From positions 2,229,296 to 2,293,295 of the forward strand of contig NZ_CBDIIJ010000002.1 of NCBI RefSeq assembly GCF_965279675.1: a stretch of 64,000 nucleotides of DNA. The letters are read 5' to 3'. This DNA comes from Mucisphaera sp. GTDB taxonomy: Bacteria > Planctomycetota > Phycisphaerae > Phycisphaerales > Phycisphaeraceae. Shown here in pieces: positions 29,456 to 38,662 of the stretch. How positions within the stretch are numbered: position 1 is the stretch's first letter; the number at the start of each line of letters is the position of its first letter. Under the pieces are notes generated by a model. That model saw only the letters and a list, made by a program, of their open reading frames with translations, made no database searches and had not been told where the DNA came from. The position numbers and the translations under genes are program-made.

Positions 29456-30847
29456 TTAATGCGAGACCGAACCGTTGCTTTCTTCCGAACTTACGGGTTT
29501 TCCCCGTGCACGCAGATGAATCCGCATCGTCGTGCCCGACCGCGGAACCGAATCCACCGTCACCCGACCGCCGTGCGCCTCCGCCACGTGCTTCACGATC
29601 GACAACCCCAGCCCCGTCCCCCCCAACTCCCGGCTGCGCGATCGATCCGTTCGGTAGAACCGCTCGAAAATCCTCGGCAGATGCTCCGCCTCGATCCCCC
29701 GACCCCGATCTTCCACCTCAATCACCACCTCCCGCTCCCGTTCCAGCACCCGAACCGACACCTCACCCCCCTCCGGCCCGTATTTAATCGCGTTATCGAT
29801 CAGATTCACCACCGCCTGTTCCAGAAGCCTCGGATTGATCCGCGCCGTCGCTTCCATCGCCCCTGACAACACGATCCGCACCCCACGCTCCTCCGCCTTC
29901 ACCACCAGTGCCTCCCGCGCCGCCGACAGCACAGGCCCGACCTCGAGCACTTCCAGATCGCTCAGCACCTGCCGACGCTCCTGCTCGATCCGTGCCAGAC
30001 TCAACAGATCCTCGACAATCGTCTCCAGCCGCACCGCCTGCCTCGCCACGATCCGCAAAAACCGATCCCGACCCGCCGCATCGATCTCCGGATCATCCAG
30101 CAGCGTCTCCGTCGCCGCCTTGATCGCGCTCACCGGCGTCTTCACCTCGTGAGACACATTCGCCACAAACTCCCGACGAACCTTCTCCAGCCTTCGCAGC
30201 TGGGTGACGTCATGCAACACAATCACCGCCCCCAATCGCTCCCCATGCGCATCACGCAGCATCTCACTGTGAATCTGGAAATACCGTCGTTGCCCGGACT
30301 CCGAACCCGACACCCGCACCGTCATCTCCGCACTCTTGCCCTCGCCCTCATCAAGCGTCTGCGTCACAAACTTCTGCAGCGACGCATTCCGAATCACCTC
30401 CTGAATCGGCCGCCCGATGGTCCCGATCGGGTCCAGCCGCAGCAGCTCCGCTCCCGCACGATTAAGACTCAACACCCGCTCATCCAGATCGATCGCCAGC
30501 ACCCCCTCATTCATCGACGACAACACCGCCCCCAGCTCGTTCCGCTGCTGAATCACATCCGTCAGCCGGCTCTGCAGCTGCGCCCCCATCTCATCCAGCG
30601 TGTCCGCCAAACCGACCAGCCGAAGCGTCCCACTCGCCCGCGCCGGCTTCTTCAGATCACCACTGGCCAGCCGCAGCGCCTCCTCCCGAAACACCCGCAA
30701 AGCCACGACCACCCGGTAGCACACCCCCAGCACCACCACGCCCAGAACAATCGCCAGAGCCAGAAACAGGCCCGCCGCCGACGATTCCATCAGTTGCCCA
30801 GCCGAGTAAATCAAGGCCATCGCCGGCGGTCCGGCGCCGGCCTCCAC
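29456..30847 (-). CDS. phoR: sensor histidine kinase, PhoR-like (TM-HAMP-PAS-HisKA-HATPase)
   Basis: H-box SHEVKTP. N, G1 and G2 boxes (NAIKY, DRGRGI, GGTGLGLSIV). PAS-like segment. GTG at 30845-30847, 8 nt after the phoB stop; an alternative ATG is at 30820. Confidence 0.85.
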   Translation of the reverse strand: MEAGAGPPAMALIYSAGQLMESSAAGLFLALAIVLGVVVLGVCYRVVVALRVFREEALRLASGDLKKPARASGTLRLVGLADTLDEMGAQLQSRLTDVIQQRNELGAVLSSMNEGVLAIDLDERVLSLNRAGAELLRLDPIGTIGRPIQEVIRNASLQKFVTQTLDEGEGKSAEMTVRVSGSESGQRRYFQIHSEMLRDAHGERLGAVIVLHDVTQLRRLEKVRREFVANVSHEVKTPVSAIKAATETLLDDPEIDAAGRDRFLRIVARQAVRLETIVEDLLSLARIEQERRQVLSDLEVLEVGPVLSAAREALVVKAEERGVRIVLSGAMEATARINPRLLEQAVVNLIDNAIKYGPEGGEVSVRVLEREREVVIEVEDRGRGIEAEHLPRIFERFYRTDRSRSRELGGTGLGLSIVKHVAEAHGGRVTVDSVPRSGTTMRIHLRARGKPVSSEESNGSVSH

Positions 30848-30855
30848 ATCAAGGT

Positions 30856-31584
30856 TCAGTCACGAAAACGATAGCCCACACCACGAACCGTCTCGATCGA
30901 CGCCCCCGCGTCACCCAGCTTACGCCGAAGCGACACCACCTGGACATCCACCGACCGATCCGTCACCGCCGCAAACCCCTCGTGAATCGACTCAATGATC
31001 TGCTGACGCGTGAACACCCGCCCACGACGACCCGCCAGCAAACTCAGCAGCTTGAACTCCGTCGCCGTCAGATCCACCAGCTCACCCTCCGCCCGCACCT
31101 CGTGACGATCCAGATCGATCGTCACCGAATCCGCCGTGATCGTCCTCACCTCGCCCTCGCCCGCACCCGAACTATCCGCCGACCGCCTCAGCATCGCCTT
31201 GATCCGCGCCATCAGCACCCGCGGGCTAAACGGCTTAGTGATGTAATCATCCGCCCCCAACTCCAGCCCACGAACGATATCCGTCTCCTCACCCTTCGCC
31301 GTCAGCATGATGATCGGCACCTCCGACGTCACCTCGCGACCCTTTAGCGTCCGACAAACCTCAAGCCCGTCCATCCCAGGAAGCATCAGATCCAGCAGAA
31401 TCAGGTCCAGCTTCCCCGACCGCGCGAGCTTCAAACCGTCCTCGCCAGTACCAGCCGCCTGCACCCGATACCCCTCTCGCTCCAGGTTGTACTGAAGCAG
31501 ATCCTGAAGATCCTGCTCGTCCTCAACCAGCAGAATGCTCGCCTGCTCGCTCTCGTCACCACCCCAGGTCGATCCATCGCCCAT
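30856..31584 (-). CDS. phoB: OmpR/PhoB-family response regulator
   Basis: Receiver domain (ILLVEDE, DLILLDLMLPGMDG, MLTAKG) plus winged-helix output (LTATEFKLL, VRGVGYRF). ATG at 31582-31584. Confidence 0.9.
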   Translation of the reverse strand: MGDGSTWGGDESEQASILLVEDEQDLQDLLQYNLEREGYRVQAAGTGEDGLKLARSGKLDLILLDLMLPGMDGLEVCRTLKGREVTSEVPIIMLTAKGEETDIVRGLELGADDYITKPFSPRVLMARIKAMLRRSADSSGAGEGEVRTITADSVTIDLDRHEVRAEGELVDLTATEFKLLSLLAGRRGRVFTRQQIIESIHEGFAAVTDRSVDVQVVSLRRKLGDAGASIETVRGVGYRFRD

Positions 31585-31667
31585 CACATGGCTCCGCGTA
31601 CGCGTGAAGGTGAAACGACAATCCCACAGCCCGCAAGAATACCCTCACCCCAAATGTGTCGATTGTG

Positions 31668-32039
31668 TTAAGAAGCAGCCGTCCCCTCACCACCCGTCCC
31701 ACCCGCTTGCTCCGGCCGATTCGGGTCGATCTCACGCAGATACACCCACGAAAACAACCCCGTGTCATGCCCATCCGAAAACCGGATCCGGATCGCGTAA
31801 TTCCCCACCATCTCCGCATCCACCGCCACCAACGGCCCACTCCCGCCAGAACTCGGCAGCACCGTTAGCGGGTTCGCCTCCATCGCTTTCCGCATCTCGC
31901 GAGCATCCGCCGAAGGCGACATCTTCCGCAAATACGCAATCGGATAAATCGACACCCGCCCGTCGCTCCACGTCACCGTCAGTGCACGATCCTTCTTCAG
32001 ATCCAGATGCCGAGGCACCAGCGGGGTTGACTTATCCAT
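31668..32039 (-). CDS. DUF971 family protein (gamma-butyrobetaine hydroxylase-like N-terminal domain)
   Basis: 123 aa. LTVTWSDGRVSIYPIAYLR and AIRIRFSDGHDTGLFSWVYLREI match the two characteristic DUF971 repeats. Confidence 0.75.
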   Translation of the reverse strand: MDKSTPLVPRHLDLKKDRALTVTWSDGRVSIYPIAYLRKMSPSADAREMRKAMEANPLTVLPSSGGSGPLVAVDAEMVGNYAIRIRFSDGHDTGLFSWVYLREIDPNRPEQAGGTGGEGTAAS

Positions 32040-32121
32040 AAATCACAATCTCCAGAACCAGCCAGCCCTCCAGCCGGTAAAACACCCCTGAGCCCCGACC
32101 ACACAGTCTACGAACTCAAGC

Positions 32122-33702
32122 ATGCACGAGACCAACCCCAGCTCAGCCAGCACGCCAATCCCGGCCACCAGCCAGACCGACTGGTTCCGCCCAGTGCTCA
32201 CCCTCACCCTCGCCGTACTCACTGCCCGCATCCTCTACCTGCTCTTGCTCAATCCCTACGAGCTCGCCGGCGACGAAGCCCAGTACTGGGACTGGTCCCG
32301 ACGACTCGACTGGTCCTACTACAGCAAAGGTCCTGGCATCGCCTGGCTCATCGCCGCCTCCACCGCCATCTTCGGCCACGACGCCTGGGCCGTCCGCCTC
32401 CCCGCAGCCGTCTCCGCAGCCGTCACCATGCTCGCCGCCGCCGCCATCGCCGCCCGACTCTCAACCAAACCCCGCGCCGCCGCGCTCACCGCCGCCGTCA
32501 TCGCCGCCCTCGTACCCATCCTCTTCGCCACCGCTCAGTTCATCACCATCGACGCACCCTTCTTCGCCGCATGGGCCGTCACCGCAGCCCTCGCCGTCGA
32601 GATCCTCCGAAGCCCACGCCCGAACCCCACCCTCTGGCTTCTACTCGGAATCACCTTCGGCCTTGGCGTCCTCCTCAAATACACCATGCTCCTCATCGCT
32701 CCCGGCCTCCTACTCGGCTTCATCTTCGCCGCCCGCGCAAGGCCAACGACAGCCCTCCGCCTCACCGGGCCCATCCTCGCCGCCGCCGCCGCACTCATCA
32801 TGATGGCACCCATCGCTATCTGGAACCAGCAAAACGGCTGGCCGACCCTCGCCCACCTCCTCGGACACCTCAACGCCCCGGGCGGCGACCTCCAACCCGC
32901 CGAAAGCTGGACCTACAACCCCCTCTGGACCCTCGAAGCCATCGCCGTCCAGATCCTCGTCATCGCCCCCGGTCTCTCCCTGATCGCATGGTTCGCATGC
33001 CGCCGTCTGCCTCCCAGAAGTGATCCCAACCGAGACGCCCACCTCCTCCTGATCCACACCGCCTGGCCCGTCTACGCCTTCTACCTGCTCGTCTCCCTCG
33101 CCAAGAACATCGAAGCCAACTGGCCCGCCGCCGGCTGGATCACCCTCATCCCCCTCGCCGCCGTCCTCATCACCCAAACACCCACCCCCGCGATCCGCTT
33201 CGGCGACCGGGTCATCCTCGTCGTCGGACTCATCGCAGGACCGCACATCCTCTTTGGCCCCTACCTCATCCAAACCCAAGGCGTCGATCGCCTGCCTTTC
33301 GGCCCCGCCCTCCAGCGAGGCCTCAACCGCGTCCAGGGCATGCAGGCCAAAGCCCTCACTGTCCACGAGATCGCCCTGCAAATCACCGCTGAAACCGGCA
33401 CCGAACCCTGGTTCCTCACCAATCACTACGGCCAAACCGCGCTGCTCGCCTACTACCTGCCCGACCAGCCCACCGTCTTCAGCGCCTCCTCTGCCCTCGG
33501 CGACAGAGAATCTTCCTACGATTACTTCATCGATACCAGCCTGCACCGACCCGACCTCATCGGAAAACCCGCTGTCATGATCGGCACCAAGCCAAGAGGA
33601 TGGCAGCGAGGACTCCAATTCGAGCACATCGAAATCAGGTCCGAAACCCCACTCATCTGCGTCGGCTACGGCTACCAGGGCGTCAAGGAGAAGACACCGT
33701 GA
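32122..33702 (+). CDS. ArnT/PMT-like GT-C glycosyltransferase (family 39/83 type)
   Basis: 526 aa, polytopic membrane protein. N-terminal loop DEAQYWDWSRRLDWSYYSKGPGIAWLIA is typical of ArnT-like dolichyl/undecaprenyl-phosphate sugar transferases. Confidence 0.82.
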   Translation: MHETNPSSASTPIPATSQTDWFRPVLTLTLAVLTARILYLLLLNPYELAGDEAQYWDWSRRLDWSYYSKGPGIAWLIAASTAIFGHDAWAVRLPAAVSAAVTMLAAAAIAARLSTKPRAAALTAAVIAALVPILFATAQFITIDAPFFAAWAVTAALAVEILRSPRPNPTLWLLLGITFGLGVLLKYTMLLIAPGLLLGFIFAARARPTTALRLTGPILAAAAALIMMAPIAIWNQQNGWPTLAHLLGHLNAPGGDLQPAESWTYNPLWTLEAIAVQILVIAPGLSLIAWFACRRLPPRSDPNRDAHLLLIHTAWPVYAFYLLVSLAKNIEANWPAAGWITLIPLAAVLITQTPTPAIRFGDRVILVVGLIAGPHILFGPYLIQTQGVDRLPFGPALQRGLNRVQGMQAKALTVHEIALQITAETGTEPWFLTNHYGQTALLAYYLPDQPTVFSASSALGDRESSYDYFIDTSLHRPDLIGKPAVMIGTKPRGWQRGLQFEHIEIRSETPLICVGYGYQGVKEKTP

Positions 33703-34418
33703 GTGTGATCCCCTCCGACTCCGCAAGACTCGCAGACGCCAACAAAACCCGACGTCCCAGACCGAACCTGGCCGTCAGAGGCGGCATCACCCCCGGCTGG
33801 ACACCCGTCGCCGGCCTCCTCTGCCTCGCCATCCTCGCATTCGCCGCCATCACCCCTTTCGACAGATTCATCTACGACCACTTCACCTACAAACGCACCG
33901 AGATCGAAGACTGGCACCGCCTCTTCCGCATCGCCGGCTACATCCCAACATGGCTCCTCGTCGCCGCCGTCCTCTACATCCAACTCGGCCGCCGCGCACG
34001 CATCGGCCTCTGGCACCCCGCCAAGATCCTCTTCATCCCCATCCTCGCCGCTGCCGCGCTCTCAGAAGTCCTCAAGGTCATCTCCAAACGCCACCGACCC
34101 GAAGTCGGCGAGGGGGCCTACACCTGGCGACCTTGGGCCGACGACTTCCTCTCCACCTCTGGCATCGGCCTCCCCTCAGGGCACGCAGCCACCGCCTTCG
34201 CCGCCGCCTTCATCCTCACCCGCCTCTACCCCAAATCACTCCCCATCTGGGCCATCCTCGGCCTCGGCTGTGCCGCCACCCGACTGCTCACCGGATCCCA
34301 CTTCACCACCGACCTCGTCGTCTCCGCCACCATCGGCTACGCCATCGCCCGCACCGTCTGGTACTACGCACACCCACCCCAGTCACCAACTGCCTCCCCA
34401 GTATCCAAAAACAGCTAA
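33699..34418 (+). CDS. PAP2-family lipid phosphatase
   Basis: GTG at 33699 overlaps the upstream stop (GTGA). PAP2 signature K....RHRP ... PSGH ... GSHFTTD (KVISKRHRP, LPSGHAAT, SHFTTDLV). Several TM helices. Confidence 0.85.
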   Translation: MSVIPSDSARLADANKTRRPRPNLAVRGGITPGWTPVAGLLCLAILAFAAITPFDRFIYDHFTYKRTEIEDWHRLFRIAGYIPTWLLVAAVLYIQLGRRARIGLWHPAKILFIPILAAAALSEVLKVISKRHRPEVGEGAYTWRPWADDFLSTSGIGLPSGHAATAFAAAFILTRLYPKSLPIWAILGLGCAATRLLTGSHFTTDLVVSATIGYAIARTVWYYAHPPQSPTASPVSKNS

Positions 34419-34822
34419 GGCAGCGGACGCGCCAGATTCGATCGCATCTGCCGAGCCCGATCATTCACCGCATCAATATCTTCATCCGCCGGATCAGCCG
34501 CCGCCGTCATCCGGAAGTGCCACACCACCTCATCCTCAAGACCCGGCACAAACTCCGCCACGAAATCCGGACCCGGGTAAGCCCACCAAGGCGGGTCAGC
34601 CTGACCCGTCGTCCACAAAGGCTCATAACCATCCGCCTCTAACCGAACGTCATAAACCCCGTAGTACGTAAACGGCAGCGTCATAGGCGTTCGCCCCACC
34701 TCCTGGTCATTCAGATAAACCAGCGCCCCCGCCGGCGACGACGTGATCGTCATTGTCCGACGCACACAACCCGTCGACAAACTCACAGCTAACAACAACA
34801 CAACCAGAAGCAGATGCCGCAT
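34415..34822 (-). CDS. PEGA-domain lipoprotein
   Basis: Lipobox LSTGC after a signal peptide. ITSSPAGALVYLNDQEVGRTP...GVYDVRLEADGYEP is a PEGA-type beta-sandwich motif. Confidence 0.75.
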   Translation of the reverse strand: MRHLLLVVLLLAVSLSTGCVRRTMTITSSPAGALVYLNDQEVGRTPMTLPFTYYGVYDVRLEADGYEPLWTTGQADPPWWAYPGPDFVAEFVPGLEDEVVWHFRMTAAADPADEDIDAVNDRARQMRSNLARPLP

Positions 34823-34862
34823 CGCCTAAGGATAACCGTCCGAACGCTCCCCCGCTGACGCC

Positions 34863-35519
34863 TCAGTCCGACAACGTCTCGCCACCCAACAGCCGCTCCA
34901 CCACCTCCCGAATCACCGAAGTGTCGTACCCCCGCCGAGCCATCCGGCCATACAGCCGCCGCTTCGCCGCCTCCGGCTCCAGCCGCCGCAAACCACCGAG
35001 CTGGCTCTCCGCATAAGCCATCGCCCGCTCCGGCTCACTCAGCTCGTCCCCATGCCCCTGCGACATCAGCTCATCCACCGTCTTCCCATCCACCCCCGCC
35101 GCCGCCAGCTTGCTCCGCACCAGCCGTGGCCCCGCGCCCTTCCGCTGCTTGAGCTCCTCGATCAGCCGCTCCGCATAAGCCCGATCATCAATCAGCCCCG
35201 CACGATCCAGCCGCTCCAGAGCCTCCCGCCGAGCCTTCGCCTCAAACCCCGCCTGATTCAGCTTCAGATCCAATTGCCGATGCGTATGCGGCCGACGCGA
35301 CAGATAACCACGCGCCTTATGAACCGCCAGATCCGCACGCTCACTCTCAGCCACCGCCTCCGCCAGATCCGCCGTCCACGCCCGACCCACCACCACCCCC
35401 AACTCCGTCACCGAACGCACCGACAGCGTCGCCACCCGCTTCGCCCCCACCATCACACGCACCCGATCCTCATGACGAGGATCAGGACGCAACGCAGTCA
35501 CCACAGCAGCATCTTCCAC
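34863..35519 (-). CDS. recX: recombination regulator RecX
   Basis: 218 aa with a GTG start. RecX three-helix repeats (YLSRRPHTHRQLDLKL, LDRAGLIDDRAYAERLIEE, RRGYDTSVIREVVE). Confidence 0.8.
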   Translation of the reverse strand: MEDAAVVTALRPDPRHEDRVRVMVGAKRVATLSVRSVTELGVVVGRAWTADLAEAVAESERADLAVHKARGYLSRRPHTHRQLDLKLNQAGFEAKARREALERLDRAGLIDDRAYAERLIEELKQRKGAGPRLVRSKLAAAGVDGKTVDELMSQGHGDELSEPERAMAYAESQLGGLRRLEPEAAKRRLYGRMARRGYDTSVIREVVERLLGGETLSD

Positions 35520-35578
35520 CCCCGTATGCTAACGACCACGCTCCCATCCCAACCGCCTGTCCCCATCAGGAATCCGTC

Positions 35579-36352
35579 ATGGCCCTCCTAAGCCTCCGCT
35601 ACGCCTCCGAAGTCCTCGGCATGAGCCGCAACCTCACCGCGATCGTCCCGGACGCGCTCCCCGTGCCGGAAGGGGGGTTCCCGATCCTCTGGCTCCTCCA
35701 CGGGCTCTATGGCGACGACGCCGACTGGACCCGCTTCAGCGCCATCGAACGCTACACCCAGAACCTGCCCCTCGTCACCATCATGCCCTCCACCGACCGA
35801 GCCTGGTACACCAACATGGCCGAGGGCTACCCCTACTGGACCCACCTCACCGAAGAACTACCCGCCCTCGCCGCCCGCCTCCTTCCCGTCACCAACGACC
35901 CACGCAGCACCTACGTCGCCGGCCTCTCCATGGGAGGCTACGGCGCCTTCAAATGGGCCCTCACCCACCCCGACCGCTTCGCCGCCGCCGCCTCTCTCTC
36001 GGGCGCCCTCGACCGGGCCAACGACATGGACCCCGATAGCCGCAACGAAGTCTGGCTCCAGGAACAAACCAGAATCTTCGGCGATCTCGACGCCTTCCCC
36101 GACTCCGAGAACGACACCGTCGCCCTCGCCAAACGCCTCGCCGCCTCCGGACGCCACCAGCCACGCCTCTACCAGGCCTGCGGAACGAAAGACTTCCTCT
36201 ACCAGCAGAACCTCCGCTTCCGAGACGCCGCCCAGGCCGCCGGCCTCAACCTCCTCTACGAAGAGCACCCAGGCGAAGACCACACCTGGGCATACTGGGA
36301 CCGCATGATCGCCCGAGTCCTCGATTGGCTCGAACTCCCAGCTCCGAACTGA
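35579..36352 (+). CDS. esterase family protein (esterase D / tributyrin esterase-like alpha/beta hydrolase)
   Basis: LWLLHGLYGDDADW and nucleophile elbow GLSMGGYGA; C-terminal HTWAYWD. Confidence 0.82.
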   Translation: MALLSLRYASEVLGMSRNLTAIVPDALPVPEGGFPILWLLHGLYGDDADWTRFSAIERYTQNLPLVTIMPSTDRAWYTNMAEGYPYWTHLTEELPALAARLLPVTNDPRSTYVAGLSMGGYGAFKWALTHPDRFAAAASLSGALDRANDMDPDSRNEVWLQEQTRIFGDLDAFPDSENDTVALAKRLAASGRHQPRLYQACGTKDFLYQQNLRFRDAAQAAGLNLLYEEHPGEDHTWAYWDRMIARVLDWLELPAPN

Positions 36353-36401
36353 CCGCAACCCCCCTCAGAATGGGTACACTCAGCGGACCGGCGACACCGG
36401 A

Positions 36402-36956
36402 ATGGAGACCGCTATGTCGGCATCTGCACAAGAACTCGGACGCGTCGTGATCGACGCCGCCATCGAGATGTTCCGCTCACAAAAACGCATGGCCGACCGC
36501 GCCATCGAGCAGGTCACCTTCGACCAACTCCGGGAAGCGCCCGATGACGCCACCAACTCCGCCGCCATCATCATGAAGCACATGGCCGGCAACATGCGAT
36601 CACGCTGGACCGACTTCCTCACCACCGACGGCGAAAAACCCTGGCGAGACCGCGACGACGAATTCATCGACCGCTACAAGGACGAAAAGGAACTCTTCCG
36701 CGACTGGGAAGCCGGCTGGTCCATCCTCTTCCAGGCCCTCGACAGCCTCCACCCCGACGACCTCACCCGAACCATCACCATCCGCGACGAGCCCGACACC
36801 GTCGTCGGTGCGATCCACCGCCAGCTCTCCCACTACGGCTACCACACCGGCCAACTCGTCTGGCTCTGCCGCTGGCAGGCCGCCGACAGCTGGTCCGTCC
36901 TCACCATCCCCAAAGGCGGGTCCGACGACCCACCCGTTAACACACAACAAGCCTGA
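36402..36956 (+). CDS. DinB-like / DUF1572 family protein
   Basis: 184 aa. NSAAIIMKHMAGNMRSRWTDFLTTDGEKPWRDRD and HYGYHTGQLV motifs are typical of DUF1572. Confidence 0.72.
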   Translation: METAMSASAQELGRVVIDAAIEMFRSQKRMADRAIEQVTFDQLREAPDDATNSAAIIMKHMAGNMRSRWTDFLTTDGEKPWRDRDDEFIDRYKDEKELFRDWEAGWSILFQALDSLHPDDLTRTITIRDEPDTVVGAIHRQLSHYGYHTGQLVWLCRWQAADSWSVLTIPKGGSDDPPVNTQQA

Positions 36957-37038
36957 GCCCAAACCCCCGGCCAGCATCAAACGCATTCGTTCTTCTGTTC
37001 CACCTTCAACAACCCGTTCGAGAATCGGAGCCCCACTG

Positions 37039-37818
37039 ATGTCCGCCATCCCCGTCGCCCTCCAGCTCTACTCCATCCGTGAACTCGCCAGGCAGGACAT
37101 CGTCGAAGCCATCAAGAAAACCGCCTCATGGGGATACCAGGGCATCGAGTTCGCCGGGTTCCATGGCGTCGCGCCAACCGAACTCAAAAAACTCGTCGAT
37201 GACCTCGGCCTTGGCGTCGCCGGCAGCCACGTCAGCCCCGAGATGCTCGAATCCGACCAGCTCAGCAAAACCCTCGACGACCACCTCGCCGTCGGCTGCA
37301 CCAACCTCATCGTCCCCTGGATCGAAGAAGCCATGCGCGACACCGAGGACGCCTGTTACAAAACCGCCGAACGCTTCGCCAAAATCGCCGAAACCCTCAA
37401 GGCCCACGGCTGCCGCACCGGCTACCACAACCACTGGTTCGAGTTCACCCCCTTCGACTCCGGCAAAACCTGCTGGCAGATCATCGGCGAGAACACCCCC
37501 GAAGACTTCATCCTCCAGTACGACACCGGCAACGGACAGGCCGGAGGCGTCGACCCCGTTAAAACCATCTCCGCCTTCCCCGGCCGAGGCACCACCCTCC
37601 ACCTCAAGGAATACGCCGGCGAACTCGGAGCCGAAGGCCCCGACGGACTCGGCAAAGCCGTCGTCGGCAAAGGCTCCACCGACTGGAAAGCCGTCCTCGA
37701 CGCCGCCAAAAACGTCGCCAGGGCTCAGTGGGTCATCGTCGAACAGGAAGGCCACGAAACCCTCGACGAACTCGAAGCCGCCAAACAGTGCGCCGAGAAC
37801 ATCAAGGCGATGATCTGA
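37039..37818 (+). CDS. sugar phosphate isomerase/epimerase (xylose isomerase-like TIM barrel)
   Basis: ATG at 37039 (MSAIPVALQLYSIRE...) within ORF 36808..37818. GYQGIEFAG, YHNHWFEF and VEQE blocks. Confidence 0.8.
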   Translation: MSAIPVALQLYSIRELARQDIVEAIKKTASWGYQGIEFAGFHGVAPTELKKLVDDLGLGVAGSHVSPEMLESDQLSKTLDDHLAVGCTNLIVPWIEEAMRDTEDACYKTAERFAKIAETLKAHGCRTGYHNHWFEFTPFDSGKTCWQIIGENTPEDFILQYDTGNGQAGGVDPVKTISAFPGRGTTLHLKEYAGELGAEGPDGLGKAVVGKGSTDWKAVLDAAKNVARAQWVIVEQEGHETLDELEAAKQCAENIKAMI

Positions 37819-37825
37819 GACCGAC

Positions 37826-38323
37826 CTACGGCATGTCCTGACGGATATCCGTCAGCTGCAAACCGTTGATCTTGTTGAACAGCGCCAGCGTATCCGCGTC
37901 GTTGCCCTGATCCGGCACCCGCAGATAAACATCCCCCGTGTTCGCGTTGTAGAAATACGGCCGCGCCCAGTTCGTATTCGGATTCAGCGTCTTCGACTCA
38001 GGAATCCGCCGCTCCAGATCGTTACCCGCATACACCTGCACCGTGTCCCCCTCCCAGTCCGCCGCCCAGGGATTCGGTGGCAGCTTGTCGCCCACAAACC
38101 ATTCCGCCTCGATCGTCGCCGGATACTCCGCGTGATCCTTGAAGTAATTCAGAATCGCCGCGTGGATCGCACGGCGATTCGCCATCGCCGCACCCGCCTT
38201 CGCCTCGTCCGTCGCCGAACTCATCTGCGGAATCACCATCGCCGCCAGAATCCCGATGATCACAACCACAATCAGGATCTCAACCAGCGTGAATCCGCCC
38301 AAACCACGTCGCTGTATGCTCAT
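37826..38323 (-). CDS. type II secretion / type IV pilin-like pseudopilin (GspG-like)
   Basis: GFTLVEILIVVVIIGILAAMVIPQ prepilin cleavage/methylation motif. GGAGG lies upstream of the ATG at 38321-38323. Confidence 0.85.
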   Translation of the reverse strand: MSIQRRGLGGFTLVEILIVVVIIGILAAMVIPQMSSATDEAKAGAAMANRRAIHAAILNYFKDHAEYPATIEAEWFVGDKLPPNPWAADWEGDTVQVYAGNDLERRIPESKTLNPNTNWARPYFYNANTGDVYLRVPDQGNDADTLALFNKINGLQLTDIRQDMP

Positions 38324-38429
38324 AACGGCTGCCTCCGACTATCTGCATCGGCTCATCTCCCGCCCCGATCAACCCCACCCCGCACGCCTCCCCTACCCCA
38401 AAAAGCTCAATCCGTTCCGGTCATACCGT

Positions 38430-38458
38430 TTGAACCGTCTGCGCCACCCCTCTATGCT
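38430..38458 (+). promoter_or_regulatory. candidate sigma70-type promoter of the thiC riboswitch leader
   Basis: TTGAAC, 17-nt spacer, TATGCT, ending about 8-12 nt before the first conserved riboswitch nucleotides. Confidence 0.4.
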
Positions 38459-38465
38459 CAATACA

Positions 38466-38552
38466 TCGCTAGGGGTGCCCGACACGTACGCGGGCTGAGA
38501 CACACCCTTGGAACCTGACCCGGTTTGCACCGGCGTAGGGAAGCGCTCGCGA
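38466..38552 (+). promoter_or_regulatory. TPP (THI-box) riboswitch
   Basis: Matches the consensus GGGGUGC...GGCUGAGA...ACCCUUGGAACCUGACCCGGUUUGCACCGGCGUAGGGAA, immediately upstream of thiC, the canonical context. Confidence 0.88.
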
Positions 38553-38662
38553 AGCCGGATCGACACGACTCAAACCCAACCGTCGATCAGCTCAAACCAC
38601 GCGATGCCAACTCCGCCGGACCACGCAGGCCCTCTCCGCCCGAGACTCGCTGGAGGCCTCCC

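Noticed and set aside
31655-31669. Possible Pho-box-like direct repeat TGTGTC-N3-TGTGTT upstream of phoB
   Set aside because: It has only two short half-sites with 9-bp rather than 11-bp periodicity, overlaps the DUF971 stop codon, and matches PhoB/PhoP consensus poorly. This is not enough to call a binding site.
38525-38662. Upstream start of the thiC ORF given in the ORF track
   Set aside because: It would begin inside the conserved core of the TPP riboswitch. The ATG at 38663 has a GGAGG and gives a ThiC of the usual length (about 631 aa).
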